From the NCBI GenBank assembly GCA_963790145.1, contig CAWBNN010000002.1, forward strand, positions 136,444 through 200,443: 64,000 nucleotides of DNA, read 5' to 3'. The DNA is from an uncultured Actinomycetota bacterium (lineage in GTDB: Bacteria > Actinomycetota > Actinomycetes > Propionibacteriales > Nocardioidaceae). Each line of letters starts with the position of its first letter. Positions within the stretch are counted from its first letter, which is position 1. This document shows, in pieces, positions 1 through 10,051 of the stretch. The translations under genes were made by a program, and so were the position numbers. Under the pieces are notes generated by a model. The model ran no database searches and was not told the DNA's origin. It saw only the letters and a list, made by a program, of their open reading frames with translations.

Positions 1-1019
1 ACCCCGGCCACGACGTCGTGCCGCAGATCAACGACATCGCGTTCGCCGGCGCCGTTCACCCTGAGCACGGCCCCGGCTTCGACCTCTGGGTCGGCGGCGG
101 GCTGTCGACCAACCCGATGCTCGCCCAGCGCCTCGGCGTATGGGTCCCGCTCGATGAGGTGGCCGAGGTGTGGAAGGGCGTCACCAGCATCTTCCGCGAC
201 TACGGCTACCGCCGCCTGCGTACGCGTGCCCGCCTCAAGTTCCTCATCGCCGACTGGGGCGTCGAGAAGTTCCGCGAGGTCCTCGAGACGGAGTACCTCG
301 GACGTACGCTCGTCGACCTCGATGAGCCCGAGGCGCCCGAGACTCCCGCGGACCACGTGGGCGTGTTCCGCCAGAAGGACGGCAAGTTCTTCGTGGGCGC
401 CGCCGCCACCGTCGGACGCATCTCCGGCACCCTGCTGCACCAGGTCGCCGACATCGTCGAGGCACACGGCAGCGACCGCGTCCGCACGACTCCGATGCAG
501 AAGCTGCTGGTGCTCGATGTCGACGAGGACAAGGTCGAGTCACTCGTGGCCGCGCTCGCCGAGATCGGCCTCAACGCACGGCCATCGCAGTGGCGCCGCA
601 ACACGATGGCCTGCACCGGCATCGAGTACTGCAAGCTCGCGATCGTCAACACCAAGGACCGTGCCGCGGAGCTGATCGGCGAGCTCGAGCAGCGCGTGCC
701 CGAGCTCGACACGCCGATCACGGTCAACGTCAACGGCTGCCCCAACTCGTGCGCCCGCATCCAGACCGCCGACATCGGCCTCAAGGGCATGCTCGTGATG
801 GACGAGGCCGGCGATCAGGTCGAGGGCTTCCAGGTGCACCTGGGCGGTGCGCTGGGACTCGAGGCCGGATTCGGCCGCAAGCTCCGGGCGCACAAGGTCA
901 TCGGTGACCACCTGCCGGACTACATCGAGAAGCTCTCCCGGACCTACCTCGAGCAGCGTGAGGACGATGAGTCCTTCGCCCGCTGGGTCGCCCGAGCCGA
1001 CGAGGAGGTCCTCCGATGA
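1..1019 (+). CDS. sirA: Ferredoxin-dependent sulfite/nitrite reductase (SirA-type), 5'-truncated by window edge
   Basis: Siroheme/4Fe-4S ligand motifs ACTGIEYC and NGCPNSC, GGGLSTNP, RxRARLKF; frame is open to the window start. Confidence 0.9.
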   Translation, partial: PGHDVVPQINDIAFAGAVHPEHGPGFDLWVGGGLSTNPMLAQRLGVWVPLDEVAEVWKGVTSIFRDYGYRRLRTRARLKFLIADWGVEKFREVLETEYLGRTLVDLDEPEAPETPADHVGVFRQKDGKFFVGAAATVGRISGTLLHQVADIVEAHGSDRVRTTPMQKLLVLDVDEDKVESLVAALAEIGLNARPSQWRRNTMACTGIEYCKLAIVNTKDRAAELIGELEQRVPELDTPITVNVNGCPNSCARIQTADIGLKGMLVMDEAGDQVEGFQVHLGGALGLEAGFGRKLRAHKVIGDHLPDYIEKLSRTYLEQREDDESFARWVARADEEVLR

Positions 1020-1228
1020 CCGCCCGCGCCGTTCCATTTCACTGCCCCTATTGCGCCGACGAGGACCTGCGTCCCCACGGCGAGACGCACGGCGAGTGGG
1101 AGTGCCGATCCTGCCTCAGGGCGTTCCGGCTCGGCTTCATCGGCCAGCTCGCCCCCAACAGCCTGACCACCCACGAATCGCCCACCACATCCAACACAGC
1201 ACCAACTCGGAAGGAGGATGCATCATGA
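1016..1228 (+). CDS. Small Zn-ribbon protein of sulfite reductase operons
   Basis: CPYC...WECRSC; ATGA overlaps with both neighbours. Confidence 0.75.
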   Translation: MTARAVPFHCPYCADEDLRPHGETHGEWECRSCLRAFRLGFIGQLAPNSLTTHESPTTSNTAPTRKEDAS

Positions 1229-1983
1229 CCGCACCAGCACTCATTGCTCTTGCGCACGGCAGCCGCGACCCGCGTTCTGCCGAGACCATCACAGCCCTTA
1301 CGGAGTTGGTCGCATGCATGCGTCCCGACCTCCGGGTGGAGCCTGCGTTCCTCGACCTCGCCGAGCCGGACTTCGACCGGGTCGTCGACCAGCTGGTCGC
1401 CGAGGGCTTCCAGGAGATCGTCGTCGTGCCGCTCCTGCTGACCGAGGCGTTCCACGCCAACGTCGACGTGCCTCAGGTCATCAAGGCCGCGCTGGTTCGT
1501 CATGCGGGCATCAAGATCGAGGCGACCAAGGTCCTCGGCATCGAGAACGCGTTCTTCCACGTCCTCGACAAGCGGCTCCGTGAGGCGCTGTCCAAGAACC
1601 GCGTCCGCGAGCTCGACGCGCTCGTGCTGGCCGGCGCCGGCTCGTCCGACCCGATCGCCAACGCGGCGATCTCGCGGGCTGCTCGTGCCTGGGGAGCGCA
1701 CCACAAGCTCCCGACGATCGCGGCGTTTGCGTCGGCAGTCCCGCCGGCCGCGGGCGAGGCCGTACGCACGCACCGTGCCGATGGTCGGCGTCACATCGCC
1801 GTCGGACAGCTCTTCCTGGCGCCGGGCGTCCTGCCCGACCGCGTGGCCGAGCTGGCATACGAAGCCGGAGCCGTTGCGGTGGCCGAGCCACTGGGCGTCG
1901 ACGTCGAGGTGGCCCGGGTCATCCTGGCGCGCTACGCCGTCGGCGCGGTCGACCTGGTCCCGTTCGAGGCCCTGTTCGCCTGA
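1225..1983 (+). CDS. sirB: Sirohydrochlorin chelatase (SirB/CbiX family)
   Basis: AHGSRDP, AFLD..EP, VVPLLL..AFH motifs; AGGAGG RBS upstream of ATG 1225. Confidence 0.85.
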   Translation: MTAPALIALAHGSRDPRSAETITALTELVACMRPDLRVEPAFLDLAEPDFDRVVDQLVAEGFQEIVVVPLLLTEAFHANVDVPQVIKAALVRHAGIKIEATKVLGIENAFFHVLDKRLREALSKNRVRELDALVLAGAGSSDPIANAAISRAARAWGAHHKLPTIAAFASAVPPAAGEAVRTHRADGRRHIAVGQLFLAPGVLPDRVAELAYEAGAVAVAEPLGVDVEVARVILARYAVGAVDLVPFEALFA

Positions 1984-1995
1984 TCAACGCCCCTG

Positions 1996-2031
1996 AAAGC
2001 CCGGCTCACATCGCGGTGAGCCGGGCTTTTT
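1996..2031 (+). terminator. Intrinsic terminator of the sirA operon, overlapping the ppk2 3' end
   Basis: AAAGCCCGGCTCAC-atcgcg-GTGAGCCGGGCTTT followed by T run. Confidence 0.8.
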
Positions 2032-2845
2032 CGGCGTCGACGTCGTAGTCGGCGACCGGCCACTGCAGGTCGAGCGCCCGCAGCTGCTCGAGCAGCATGG
2101 TCGCGACGGCCCAGTTGCGGTACCACTTGCGTCCGCTGGGGACGAGATGCCATGGCGCGTGCTCAGTCGAGCAACGCTCGAGCGCGAGGGCGTACGCGCG
2201 TTGGTAGTCGTCCCACAGCATGCGTTCGTCGAGGTCGCCGGGGTTGTACTTCCAGTGCTTGGTGGGGTCCTCGAGGCGCGCGACGAGGCGCTCCTTCTGG
2301 TCCTCAGTCGTGATGTGCAGGAAGCACTTGATGAGCACGCCGCCGGAGTCGGTGAAAGCCTCCTCGAAGTCGTTGATCGCGCCGTAGCGGCGTTCGATCT
2401 CGTCGGACGTCGCCAGCTGGCGTACGCGCCCGATCAGCACGTCCTCGTAGTGCGAACGATCGAAGACGCCGATCGTGCCGGGCTGGGGCAACCGGTTCTC
2501 GACCCGCCACAAGAAGTCGTGCTCGAGCTCCTCGGGCGTCGGCTTCTTGAATGACGTGATCGCCAGCCCTTGGGGATCGACCAGCCCGGCGACGTGACGA
2601 ATGATGCCGCCCTTGCCAGACGTGTCCATGCCCTGCAGGACGAGCAACACACGCGTGGGACTGTCTCCCGAGCGACCGCCGGCGAAGAGCTTCTCCTGCA
2701 GATCGCTGAGCTCCTTGCCCATGGCGGCGAGCTGCTTCTCGGCGTCCGCCTTCTTGCCGTCGAATCCTGGGGTGGCGCGGGAGTCATACGCGGACAGGTC
2801 GACGGGGGCAGTCACTGTGAGCAGGGAATTCAGGGTCTTGGCCAT
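2006..2845 (-). CDS. ppk2: Polyphosphate kinase 2 family (PPK2)
   Basis: Walker A LQGMDTSGKGG, FDRSHYEDV, HDFLWR, KWYRN. Confidence 0.92.
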   Translation of the reverse strand: MAKTLNSLLTVTAPVDLSAYDSRATPGFDGKKADAEKQLAAMGKELSDLQEKLFAGGRSGDSPTRVLLVLQGMDTSGKGGIIRHVAGLVDPQGLAITSFKKPTPEELEHDFLWRVENRLPQPGTIGVFDRSHYEDVLIGRVRQLATSDEIERRYGAINDFEEAFTDSGGVLIKCFLHITTEDQKERLVARLEDPTKHWKYNPGDLDERMLWDDYQRAYALALERCSTEHAPWHLVPSGRKWYRNWAVATMLLEQLRALDLQWPVADYDVDAEKARLTAM

Positions 2846-2930
2846 GGCCGCAGTATGCCGGAACATGGAAGCAGTCACCGGCTCGTGGGGCCTCCCACCG
2901 TATGGTGAAGGCGACGAAGGGAATCCGCAC

Positions 2931-3422
2931 ATGTATGACGTTGCTTTGCTCATCGAACGCCAGCTCAACGACCTCGACGCCGACCAGATCATCGCCCTGC
3001 ATGAGGGTCTTGAAGACACCGTCCGCTACCACCTCCTGCTGCCGGTCGAGAGCTCGAACGCGATCCTGACGTCGTCCATGAGTGCGCTCGGCTCGGGCCA
3101 GATCGTGCCGATCGGCGAGCCCAACGCGATCGAGGACGTGCAGGAGGAGATCGTCAAGGCCGGGCAGTCCGAGCTCGACGCCAGCGCCGCCCTGATCCGC
3201 GCCCGCGGCCAGGAGGTCACGGCGAAGCTCACCGAGGACGATCCGATCGATGCGCTCGTCCAGCTCGTCAACGACACGGGGTCGTCGGAGGCCATCATCC
3301 TCACCGAGCCGCACATCGTGCAGGAGTTCCTGCGGATCGACTGGACCTCGCGCGCACAGCGCAAGCTCGATGTTCCGAGCGTCCACCTGCTCGAGCACGT
3401 TCCCTTCGACGCACAGCGCTGA
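2931..3422 (+). CDS. Conserved actinobacterial hypothetical protein, USP-like fold likely
   Basis: GAAGGGA RBS; DPIDAL...AIILTEPH...VPSVHLL resembles a universal-stress-protein C-terminus. Confidence 0.65.
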   Translation: MYDVALLIERQLNDLDADQIIALHEGLEDTVRYHLLLPVESSNAILTSSMSALGSGQIVPIGEPNAIEDVQEEIVKAGQSELDASAALIRARGQEVTAKLTEDDPIDALVQLVNDTGSSEAIILTEPHIVQEFLRIDWTSRAQRKLDVPSVHLLEHVPFDAQR

Positions 3423-3449
3423 CGTGCCCGGCCGTCGTACGCTGAACGC

Positions 3450-3857
3450 ATGACGTACGACGTGGAGAAGACCGAGGAAGAGTGGAAGGCCGAGCTCAGC
3501 CCCGAGGAATACCAGGTCTTGCGCAAGCAAGGCACGGAGCGGCCGTTCAGCTCCTCGTACGAGACCGATCCCACTGTCGGGGTCTACGCGTGCCGCGCGT
3601 GCGGCGCCGAGCTGTTCCGCAGCGAGACCAAGTTCGACGCACACTGCGGCTGGCCGGCGTTCTACGCCCCACTGGCCGAGGACCGGGTCCAGTACATCGA
3701 GGACCGCTCCCTGTTCGGCGGCGTACGCACTGAGGTCCGCTGCTCGCGGTGCGGGTCGCACCTCGGGCACGTCTTCGAGGGCGAAGGATTCCCGACGCCC
3801 ACTGACCAGCGGTTCTGCATCAACGGCGTCGCCCTGCGGCTTCAGCCCGGCGCCTGA
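3450..3857 (+). CDS. msrB: Peptide-methionine (R)-S-oxide reductase
   Basis: GTERPF, CRAC, KFDAHCGWPAF, HLGHVF, RFCIN. Confidence 0.97.
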   Translation: MTYDVEKTEEEWKAELSPEEYQVLRKQGTERPFSSSYETDPTVGVYACRACGAELFRSETKFDAHCGWPAFYAPLAEDRVQYIEDRSLFGGVRTEVRCSRCGSHLGHVFEGEGFPTPTDQRFCINGVALRLQPGA

Positions 3858-3864
3858 CAAATCC

Positions 3865-3886
3865 TGTCGGTGCTCATCACTAGCGT
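3865..3886 (+). promoter_or_regulatory. RecA-NDp/PafBC-type promoter for leaderless VOC gene
   Basis: TGTCGGTG-N8-TAGCGT, 6 nt before ATG 3893. Confidence 0.7.
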
Positions 3887-3892
3887 GATCGC

Positions 3893-4252
3893 ATGACTCT
3901 CACGCTTGGCATGATCACGGTCGACACGACGGACGCGATGCCCCTGGCTCGCTGGTGGGCAGAGCAGCTCGACGGCACGATCGAGCAGGAGAACGACGGT
4001 TGGTACGTCATCGTCGGCCTGCCCGGCCTCGACCAGAAGATCTCGTTCCAGCAGGTCGACGACCCGACACCGGGCAAGAACCGCCTGCACCTCGACCTGG
4101 GGTCCCCCGACCTGGACGCCGAGACCGATCGGCTCATCGCAGTGGGCGCGGCCCTGGTCGAGAAGCACGAGATGCCGAACGGGTTCCGCTGGAACATCCT
4201 CACTGATCCCGATGGCAACCAGTTCTGCGTCTCAGGTGCCCAACACGTCTGA
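3893..4252 (+). CDS. VOC/glyoxalase family protein
   Basis: GKNRLHLDL, W..LTDPDGNQFC. Confidence 0.9.
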   Translation: MTLTLGMITVDTTDAMPLARWWAEQLDGTIEQENDGWYVIVGLPGLDQKISFQQVDDPTPGKNRLHLDLGSPDLDAETDRLIAVGAALVEKHEMPNGFRWNILTDPDGNQFCVSGAQHV

Positions 4253-4269
4253 ACGGTCCAGAGGGTGGG

Positions 4270-4980
4270 TCAGGGCCAGAGGTCGGTGAGCTCGCTGACC
4301 GTGTGCGCGCGGCCGGTGTAGAACGGCACTTCCTCGCGCACGTGGCGGCGCGCACGGCTGGCACGCAGCTCACGCATGAGGTCGACGATGCGATGGAGCT
4401 CGTCGGATTCGAACGCGAGGATCCACTCGTAGTCACCGAGCGCGAACGAGGCAACCGTGTTGGCCCGTACGTCCGGGTAGTCCCGCGCCTGCATGCCGTG
4501 CTCACGCAGCATGTCGCGGCGTTCTTCGTCGGGCAGGAGGTACCACTCGTACGACCGCACGAACGGATAGACGCAGACGTAGGGGTGCGTCTCCTCCTCG
4601 GCCATGAAGGCCGGGATGTGCGACCGGTTGAACTCAGCAGGCCGGTGGATCGCCATCTGCGACCAGACCGGCGCCATGTGCGAGCCGAGCTCGGTGCGTC
4701 GGAACGCGTTGTAGGCCGCCTGGAGCGCCTCGCTGGTCGGCGCGTGCCACCAGATCATCAGGTCCGCGTCGGCTCGCAGCCCGCTGACGTCGTAGGTGCC
4801 ACGCACCACGACATCGTCGGCGGCGAGCTTGCCGATGAGCGCGTCGACCTCGGCGGCGAAGGCGGCACGAGGCGAGTCGCCCAGGACCCGCTCGAGGCGG
4901 AAGACCGACCACATCGTGTAGCGGATCGTGTCGTTGATCTCCTTGGCCAGCTTGCCCTTGTTCTCCACCCGGTCAGTCAT
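4270..4980 (-). CDS. hemQ: Coproheme decarboxylase (chlorite dismutase family)
   Basis: [30 protein letters not shown]; in hemE-hemG operon. Confidence 0.95.
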   Translation of the reverse strand: MTDRVENKGKLAKEINDTIRYTMWSVFRLERVLGDSPRAAFAAEVDALIGKLAADDVVVRGTYDVSGLRADADLMIWWHAPTSEALQAAYNAFRRTELGSHMAPVWSQMAIHRPAEFNRSHIPAFMAEEETHPYVCVYPFVRSYEWYLLPDEERRDMLREHGMQARDYPDVRANTVASFALGDYEWILAFESDELHRIVDLMRELRASRARRHVREEVPFYTGRAHTVSELTDLWP

Positions 4981-6314
4981 GCCTCCATTGTCCCAGCGTC
5001 GAGGATGCGCCGGGCGGCCGCCCGACCCGAGGCAATCACTGCGGGAATGCCGACGCCGTTGTAGGCCGCACCGCAGAGCTCGAGGCCGGGCACGGCGGCG
5101 ATCGACCGCTCGACGATCTCGACGCGATCGAGGTGGCCGACGTCGTACTGCGGCAGCCCGCCGCCCCACCGCTGCACGACCCAGTCGAGTGGCTCGGGCA
5201 ACCCGCCGAACGCCGTGCGCAGGTCACCGAGGGCGCGAGCAGCAATGTCGCCGTCATCGTGCTGCAGCAGGGTGGCCTCGCCGGCGCGGCCGACCGAGGC
5301 TCGGATGACCGTATGCCCTGTGGCCGCAACCCACTCCCACTTGTTGGAGGAGACCGTCGCGGCCTTGATGAACGTGCCGTCGACTGGCGGGACGAGGAAG
5401 CCGGACCCGCCGAACGCCGGCGGCTCGTCGAAGACGTAGGTGACGATCGCCATGCTCGCGTAGTCGATCGCCGCGAGCGCGAAGGCGGCATCGGGCGCAT
5501 CCTCGGCGATCAGTCGGGCGGCGGCCGGCGCAGGCGCGGCGACCACGACGGCGTCGACATCCAGGTGCTCGACATCCGTGGTCGGACCGACCGAGAGCCG
5601 CCAACCTTCGGACGTACGCGTGATGGCGCGCACCGTGGCCTCGAGGCGTACCTCGACCCCGTCGGTCGCAGCGACCGCGGCGGGCAGCTGACCCACTCCC
5701 CCGACGAGCCCGGCGAAGACGGGCCCGGCCGCGTTGGCGGCAGCCCGCGCGGTGGTGGCGCCGGCGAGCAGGTCGGCACCCAGCGCGGCGATCTGCGGTG
5801 TCGTCGCCCGCAAGGAGAGTGCATCGGTATGACCGGCGTACACCCCACCGAGCAGCGGCTCGACGAGCCGGTCGAGCACATCGCGGCCCAACCGTTCGCT
5901 GACGAACTCGGCGACCGAGACATCCTCGTCAGGCACCGGGACGACGCGCGGCTCAACTGTGGCGATGCCGGACGCTGCAAGCGCGTCGATGTCAGCAGGT
6001 ATGCCCATGACCGTCGGCGGCATCGGCCTCAGGGCGCCACGCGTCCAGATCGACGCCTCGATCGTGCGGGGGTTGACCACCTTGGCCTCGAGACCAACGG
6101 CATCGACGAGGTCCAGTGCCTCAGGACGGCGGGCCAGCATCGACTCCGCGCCGAGGTCGAGCGTCAGGTCGCCGACGGAGCCGAGCTTCAGCTTGCCGCC
6201 GAGCCGGTCCGATCCCTCGAGCACGATGACCTCGGCTCCACCGATGGCCAGCTCGTACGCCGCGGCGAGGCCGGACATGCCCCCACCGACGACCGCCACA
6301 CGCATGAGCGACAC
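4977..6314 (-). CDS. hemG: Coproporphyrinogen/protoporphyrinogen oxidase (HemY/HemG)
   Basis: GGGMSGL FAD motif, [27 protein letters not shown]; alternative start 6305. Confidence 0.93.
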   Translation of the reverse strand: MSLMRVAVVGGGMSGLAAAYELAIGGAEVIVLEGSDRLGGKLKLGSVGDLTLDLGAESMLARRPEALDLVDAVGLEAKVVNPRTIEASIWTRGALRPMPPTVMGIPADIDALAASGIATVEPRVVPVPDEDVSVAEFVSERLGRDVLDRLVEPLLGGVYAGHTDALSLRATTPQIAALGADLLAGATTARAAANAAGPVFAGLVGGVGQLPAAVAATDGVEVRLEATVRAITRTSEGWRLSVGPTTDVEHLDVDAVVVAAPAPAAARLIAEDAPDAAFALAAIDYASMAIVTYVFDEPPAFGGSGFLVPPVDGTFIKAATVSSNKWEWVAATGHTVIRASVGRAGEATLLQHDDGDIAARALGDLRTAFGGLPEPLDWVVQRWGGGLPQYDVGHLDRVEIVERSIAAVPGLELCGAAYNGVGIPAVIASGRAAARRILDAGTMEA

Positions 6315-6316
6315 GG

Positions 6317-7348
6317 TCAGGACTGGGTCGGCTCGTAGGTGTGGACGAAGTCAACCAGGCGTGCCAGTGAATCCGGGTCAGTCGCGGGCAGGACGCCGTG
6401 GCCGAGGTTGAACACGTGACCGTCGGCAGCCTGTCCGGCGTCGATGACCTCGGCGGCGCGAGCGTGGACGAACTCGGTCGGCGCGAACACCGTCGTCGGA
6501 TCGAGATTGCCCTGGACCGCCTTGCCCGGGCCGATGCGGCGTACGGCCTCGTCGAGCGGCACCCGCCAGTCGACACCGACGACGTCAGCGCCGGCATCGC
6601 CCATGGAGTGGAGCAGCTCACCGGTGCCGACGCCGAAGTGGATGCGGGGAACGTCGAGATCGGCGACCGACGCCAGCACGGCTGCCGAGTGCGGTTTGAC
6701 GTACGTCTCGTAGTCCGCGAGCGACAACGCTCCGGCCCACGAGTCGAACAGCTGGATCGCAGACGCACCGGCCTCGACCTGGAGCCGCAGGAACTGGCCG
6801 GCGATCGTCGCGATGCGGGCCAGGAGCGCGTGCCACAGCTCGGGGTCTGAGTACATGAGCTGCTTGGTCAGCCGGTGGTCGCGCGACGGGCCGCCCTCGA
6901 CGAGATAGGACGCCAGCGTGAACGGAGCACCGGCGAAACCGATCAACGGGGTCGAGCCGAGCTCACCGACGAGGGCCTTGACGGCGTCGGTGATGGGCGT
7001 GACGTCGTCGGGTTCGAGATCTCGGAACTGGGCGAGCTGCGCGGCCGAGCGAATCGGGTCGGCAACGACCGGACCGGTCCCGGGCACGATGTCGAGATCG
7101 ACGCCGATCGCCTTGAGCGGCACGACGATGTCGGAGAAGAAGATCGCCGCGTCGACGCCATACCGGCGTACGGGCTGCATCGTGATCTCGACGACCATGT
7201 CGGTGCGGAAGCACGAGTCGAGCATCGCGGTGCCTTCGCGCAGGGCGAGGTACTCCGGCAGTGAACGACCCGCCTGACGCATGAACCACACGGGGGTGTG
7301 CGCTGGCTGCTGGCCGCGGCAGGCTTGGAGGAATGCGCTGTCAGTCAT
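6317..7348 (-). CDS. hemE: Uroporphyrinogen decarboxylase
   Basis: [27 protein letters not shown]. Confidence 0.97.
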   Translation of the reverse strand: MTDSAFLQACRGQQPAHTPVWFMRQAGRSLPEYLALREGTAMLDSCFRTDMVVEITMQPVRRYGVDAAIFFSDIVVPLKAIGVDLDIVPGTGPVVADPIRSAAQLAQFRDLEPDDVTPITDAVKALVGELGSTPLIGFAGAPFTLASYLVEGGPSRDHRLTKQLMYSDPELWHALLARIATIAGQFLRLQVEAGASAIQLFDSWAGALSLADYETYVKPHSAAVLASVADLDVPRIHFGVGTGELLHSMGDAGADVVGVDWRVPLDEAVRRIGPGKAVQGNLDPTTVFAPTEFVHARAAEVIDAGQAADGHVFNLGHGVLPATDPDSLARLVDFVHTYEPTQS

Positions 7349-7444
7349 CGTCACGGGCACACTGCATTGTCTCAGGTCGGCAGTGACCGAAGTCGTGCGG
7401 AGTGTCGAGGCCCAGCCTGACCCCGGCGGGCCTACGATCACAGG

Positions 7445-8038
7445 GTGGGAGCCCGAAGCGACATCGACCGCACCCCCGCGCAGTTCACCGCTGCGGTGGA
7501 GCTGATCCGGCAAGCCGTCCTTCGACCAGAGGTCGTGGTCGACGAGATGCCTGCGCCACAACGCATCGCTCCGCACGCGTTCGCGATCAGCGGCGATGTG
7601 CTCGTCGGCGACGACGAGCTGGCCACCGGGCGGTTCATCCTGCTGCACGACCCTGCCGGAAACGATGCTTGGGGCGGTACGTTCCGTTGTGTGACCTTCG
7701 CGCGCGCCGACATCGAGGCTGACATGGCAGCCGATCCCGTGCTGCCCAGCGTCGGCTGGAGCTGGCTGACCGAGGCGCTCGACGCCTACGGCAGCGGCTA
7801 CACCGCCGGAAGCGGCAGCGTCACGGTCGTACGATCCGAGGGCTTCGGCGAGATGGAGGCCGACGGTTCTGACGCGCAGATCGAGGTGCGTGCCTCTTGG
7901 ACGCCGCTCACCGATGCGCCCGCGCCGGGCATGGACTCGCACGCGGCCGCGTGGTCCAACCTGCTGTGCGCGATCGCCGGCCTGCCGCCGCTGGCACCAG
8001 GTGTCATTCCACTACAGCGCAGGCGTGGTGTCCGTTGA
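7445..8038 (+). CDS. DUF3000 family protein
   Basis: [25 protein letters not shown]; usual hemE-DUF3000-rnd synteny. Confidence 0.88.
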   Translation: MGARSDIDRTPAQFTAAVELIRQAVLRPEVVVDEMPAPQRIAPHAFAISGDVLVGDDELATGRFILLHDPAGNDAWGGTFRCVTFARADIEADMAADPVLPSVGWSWLTEALDAYGSGYTAGSGSVTVVRSEGFGEMEADGSDAQIEVRASWTPLTDAPAPGMDSHAAAWSNLLCAIAGLPPLAPGVIPLQRRRGVR

Positions 8039-9306
8039 CCTCGACCGACATGCCCGCCCCCGACGAGACCCCGCCCGACGCCATCGCAGACGAGACGCCG
8101 GAGCCGGTCACACCCCAAGCGCCGCGGCTCGAGCTCCGCGACCCGCTGCCGCCGGTCGTCGACACCCCCGAGCTGTTGCGCGACACGTGCGAACGCATCG
8201 CCGCCGGCACAGGTCCGATCGCGCTCGACGCCGAGCGCGCATCCGGCTACCGCTACTCCCAGCGGGCCTACCTCGTGCAGGTGCGCCGCGAGGGTTCCGG
8301 CACGCACCTGATCGATCCCATCGCGTTCGACAGCCTGGTCCCGCTCGACACGGCCTTCGACGGCAACGAGTGGATCCTGCACGCCGCGACGCAGGACCTG
8401 ATGTGTCTTGCCGAGGTCGGCCTCTATCCCGAGTCGTTGTTCGACACCGAGCTCGCCGGCCGGTTGCTCAACCTGCCGCGGGTGGGTCTTGCCGCGTTGG
8501 TCGAGCACTACCTCGGCCTCAGCCTGGCCAAGGAGTTCTCAGCCGCTGACTGGTCGACGCGACCGCTGCCCGAGCCGTGGCTGGTCTACGCCGCCCTCGA
8601 CGTCGAGGTCCTGATCGAGCTCCGCGACCTGATCGACGCCGACCTGCACAAGGCCGGCAAGCGCGACTGGGCGGCCGAGGAGTTCGAGGCGCTGCTGACG
8701 TTCCAGGGCCCGCCCGAGCGCAAGGAGCCGTGGCGGCGTACGTCCGGCATCCACAAGGCCAGGGGTCGCCGCGCGCTCGGCCTGGTCCGCGAGATCTGGG
8801 AGGCCCGCGACGCGATCGCCGAGGCCCGCGACACCACTCCCGGCCGCATCCTGCCGGACACCTCGATCCTGGAGATCGCGGTCAACCCCCCGCAGGACGC
8901 CAACGCGCTCAAGTCGATGCGCATCATGAAGAACCGCGGACCGCGACGGTTCCTCAGTGAGTGGTACGACGCCGTCGAGCGTGGCCTGACACTCGACGAG
9001 TCCGAGCTGCCGACAACCGGTCAACGTACGGACGGACCGCCGCCGCCGCGCGCCTGGGCCGACAAGAACCCCGAGGCCGCTGACCGGCTCGCCCGCAGCC
9101 GCGAGGTCGTCGTCCAGCTCGCCGAAAAGCATGACCTGCCGACCGAGAACCTCATCAGCCCTCAGGTCATCCGCAACCTGGCCTGGGAGCCGCCGACGCC
9201 GATCACGGTCGACGCCGTCACCGAGGCGTTGACGGCTGATGGCGCGCGCGCCTGGCAGATCGGCCTGATCATCGATCCGCTGACGGCGGCGCTCAAACCT
9301 GAGTGA
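8035..9306 (+). CDS. rnd: Ribonuclease D (DEDDy exonuclease + HRDC)
   Basis: ALDAERASGYRY, HAATQDL, FDTELA, YAALDVE; start 8035 (TTG) or 8050 (ATG). Confidence 0.93.
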   Translation: MTSTDMPAPDETPPDAIADETPEPVTPQAPRLELRDPLPPVVDTPELLRDTCERIAAGTGPIALDAERASGYRYSQRAYLVQVRREGSGTHLIDPIAFDSLVPLDTAFDGNEWILHAATQDLMCLAEVGLYPESLFDTELAGRLLNLPRVGLAALVEHYLGLSLAKEFSAADWSTRPLPEPWLVYAALDVEVLIELRDLIDADLHKAGKRDWAAEEFEALLTFQGPPERKEPWRRTSGIHKARGRRALGLVREIWEARDAIAEARDTTPGRILPDTSILEIAVNPPQDANALKSMRIMKNRGPRRFLSEWYDAVERGLTLDESELPTTGQRTDGPPPPRAWADKNPEAADRLARSREVVVQLAEKHDLPTENLISPQVIRNLAWEPPTPITVDAVTEALTADGARAWQIGLIIDPLTAALKPE

Positions 9307-9398
9307 CTCTGAGAACAACGTCGTTCAGAGCACCTGATCTTGGGTGACCGCGGTTACGGTTGTGACATGACCGCAGGGCTTTTGACGGGGGTGGCCAC

Positions 9399-9989
9399 GT
9401 GAACGAGTTCAAGCGACCGTCGCTGCCTGGCTCGGCACTGTTCGAGGCGCAGGCCGATGGCGCCGACCCGGCTGAGATGGCCGCCGCCGGGCACCGCATC
9501 GCGAACCTGTTGGTCCGTGGGCCGCGGTCCGGCGACGATCAGGGTCTCGTCGATCGGGTGCTGCACCTCGCCGACGAGGAAGGCCTCGGCGTCATCGCCG
9601 ACCTGTGGTCCCATGCCGCGGCGGACAGTCTTGCTGGCGCCCTCTGGCGCCTCTATCTGTTGCGCACGTGGGTCTACCGTCAGCCCGAGCAGGCCGCTCG
9701 CGAGTTCGCGGCCGGCAAGGCTTATGCACCCGTGCAGGAGGCCCTGGCGGGCGTCGTCGATCCTCCGGGGCCCGAAGAGGTCATCGCGTTGGTCGACACC
9801 GTCGTGAAGGGCATCGTCGGCGACGACTTCGACGTCACGCTCGACCGCGCAGCGGCGTTCGCGCACATCGTCGGGGTCGGCCGGGCGCAGCTCGACAGCG
9901 GTGATCCCCAGAGCGCGGCGAAGCTCGTCGACACCGCGGTGCACCTGCGCCGGGCTGCAGAGCTCGAGCGGTCTTCGCGCTTGCATTGA
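9399..9989 (+). CDS. Uncharacterised all-helical actinobacterial protein
   Basis: 196-aa ORF with typical codon bias; motifs IADLW...SLAGALWRLYLLR, DPPGPEE, LDRAAAF; no recognised catalytic motif. Confidence 0.8.
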   Translation: MNEFKRPSLPGSALFEAQADGADPAEMAAAGHRIANLLVRGPRSGDDQGLVDRVLHLADEEGLGVIADLWSHAAADSLAGALWRLYLLRTWVYRQPEQAAREFAAGKAYAPVQEALAGVVDPPGPEEVIALVDTVVKGIVGDDFDVTLDRAAAFAHIVGVGRAQLDSGDPQSAAKLVDTAVHLRRAAELERSSRLH

Positions 9990-10017
9990 TCTGTGTCACA
10001 CAGGCCTGCGGGGCGCC

Positions 10018-10045
10018 TTGAGTTGCGCCTCTGCTCGGTTAGGCT
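10018..10045 (+). promoter_or_regulatory. SigA-type promoter for candidate ncRNA
   Basis: TTGAGT-N16-TAGGCT; predicted TSS ~10052 coincides with the start of the closing stem. Confidence 0.6.
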
Positions 10046-10051
10046 GGTGCA

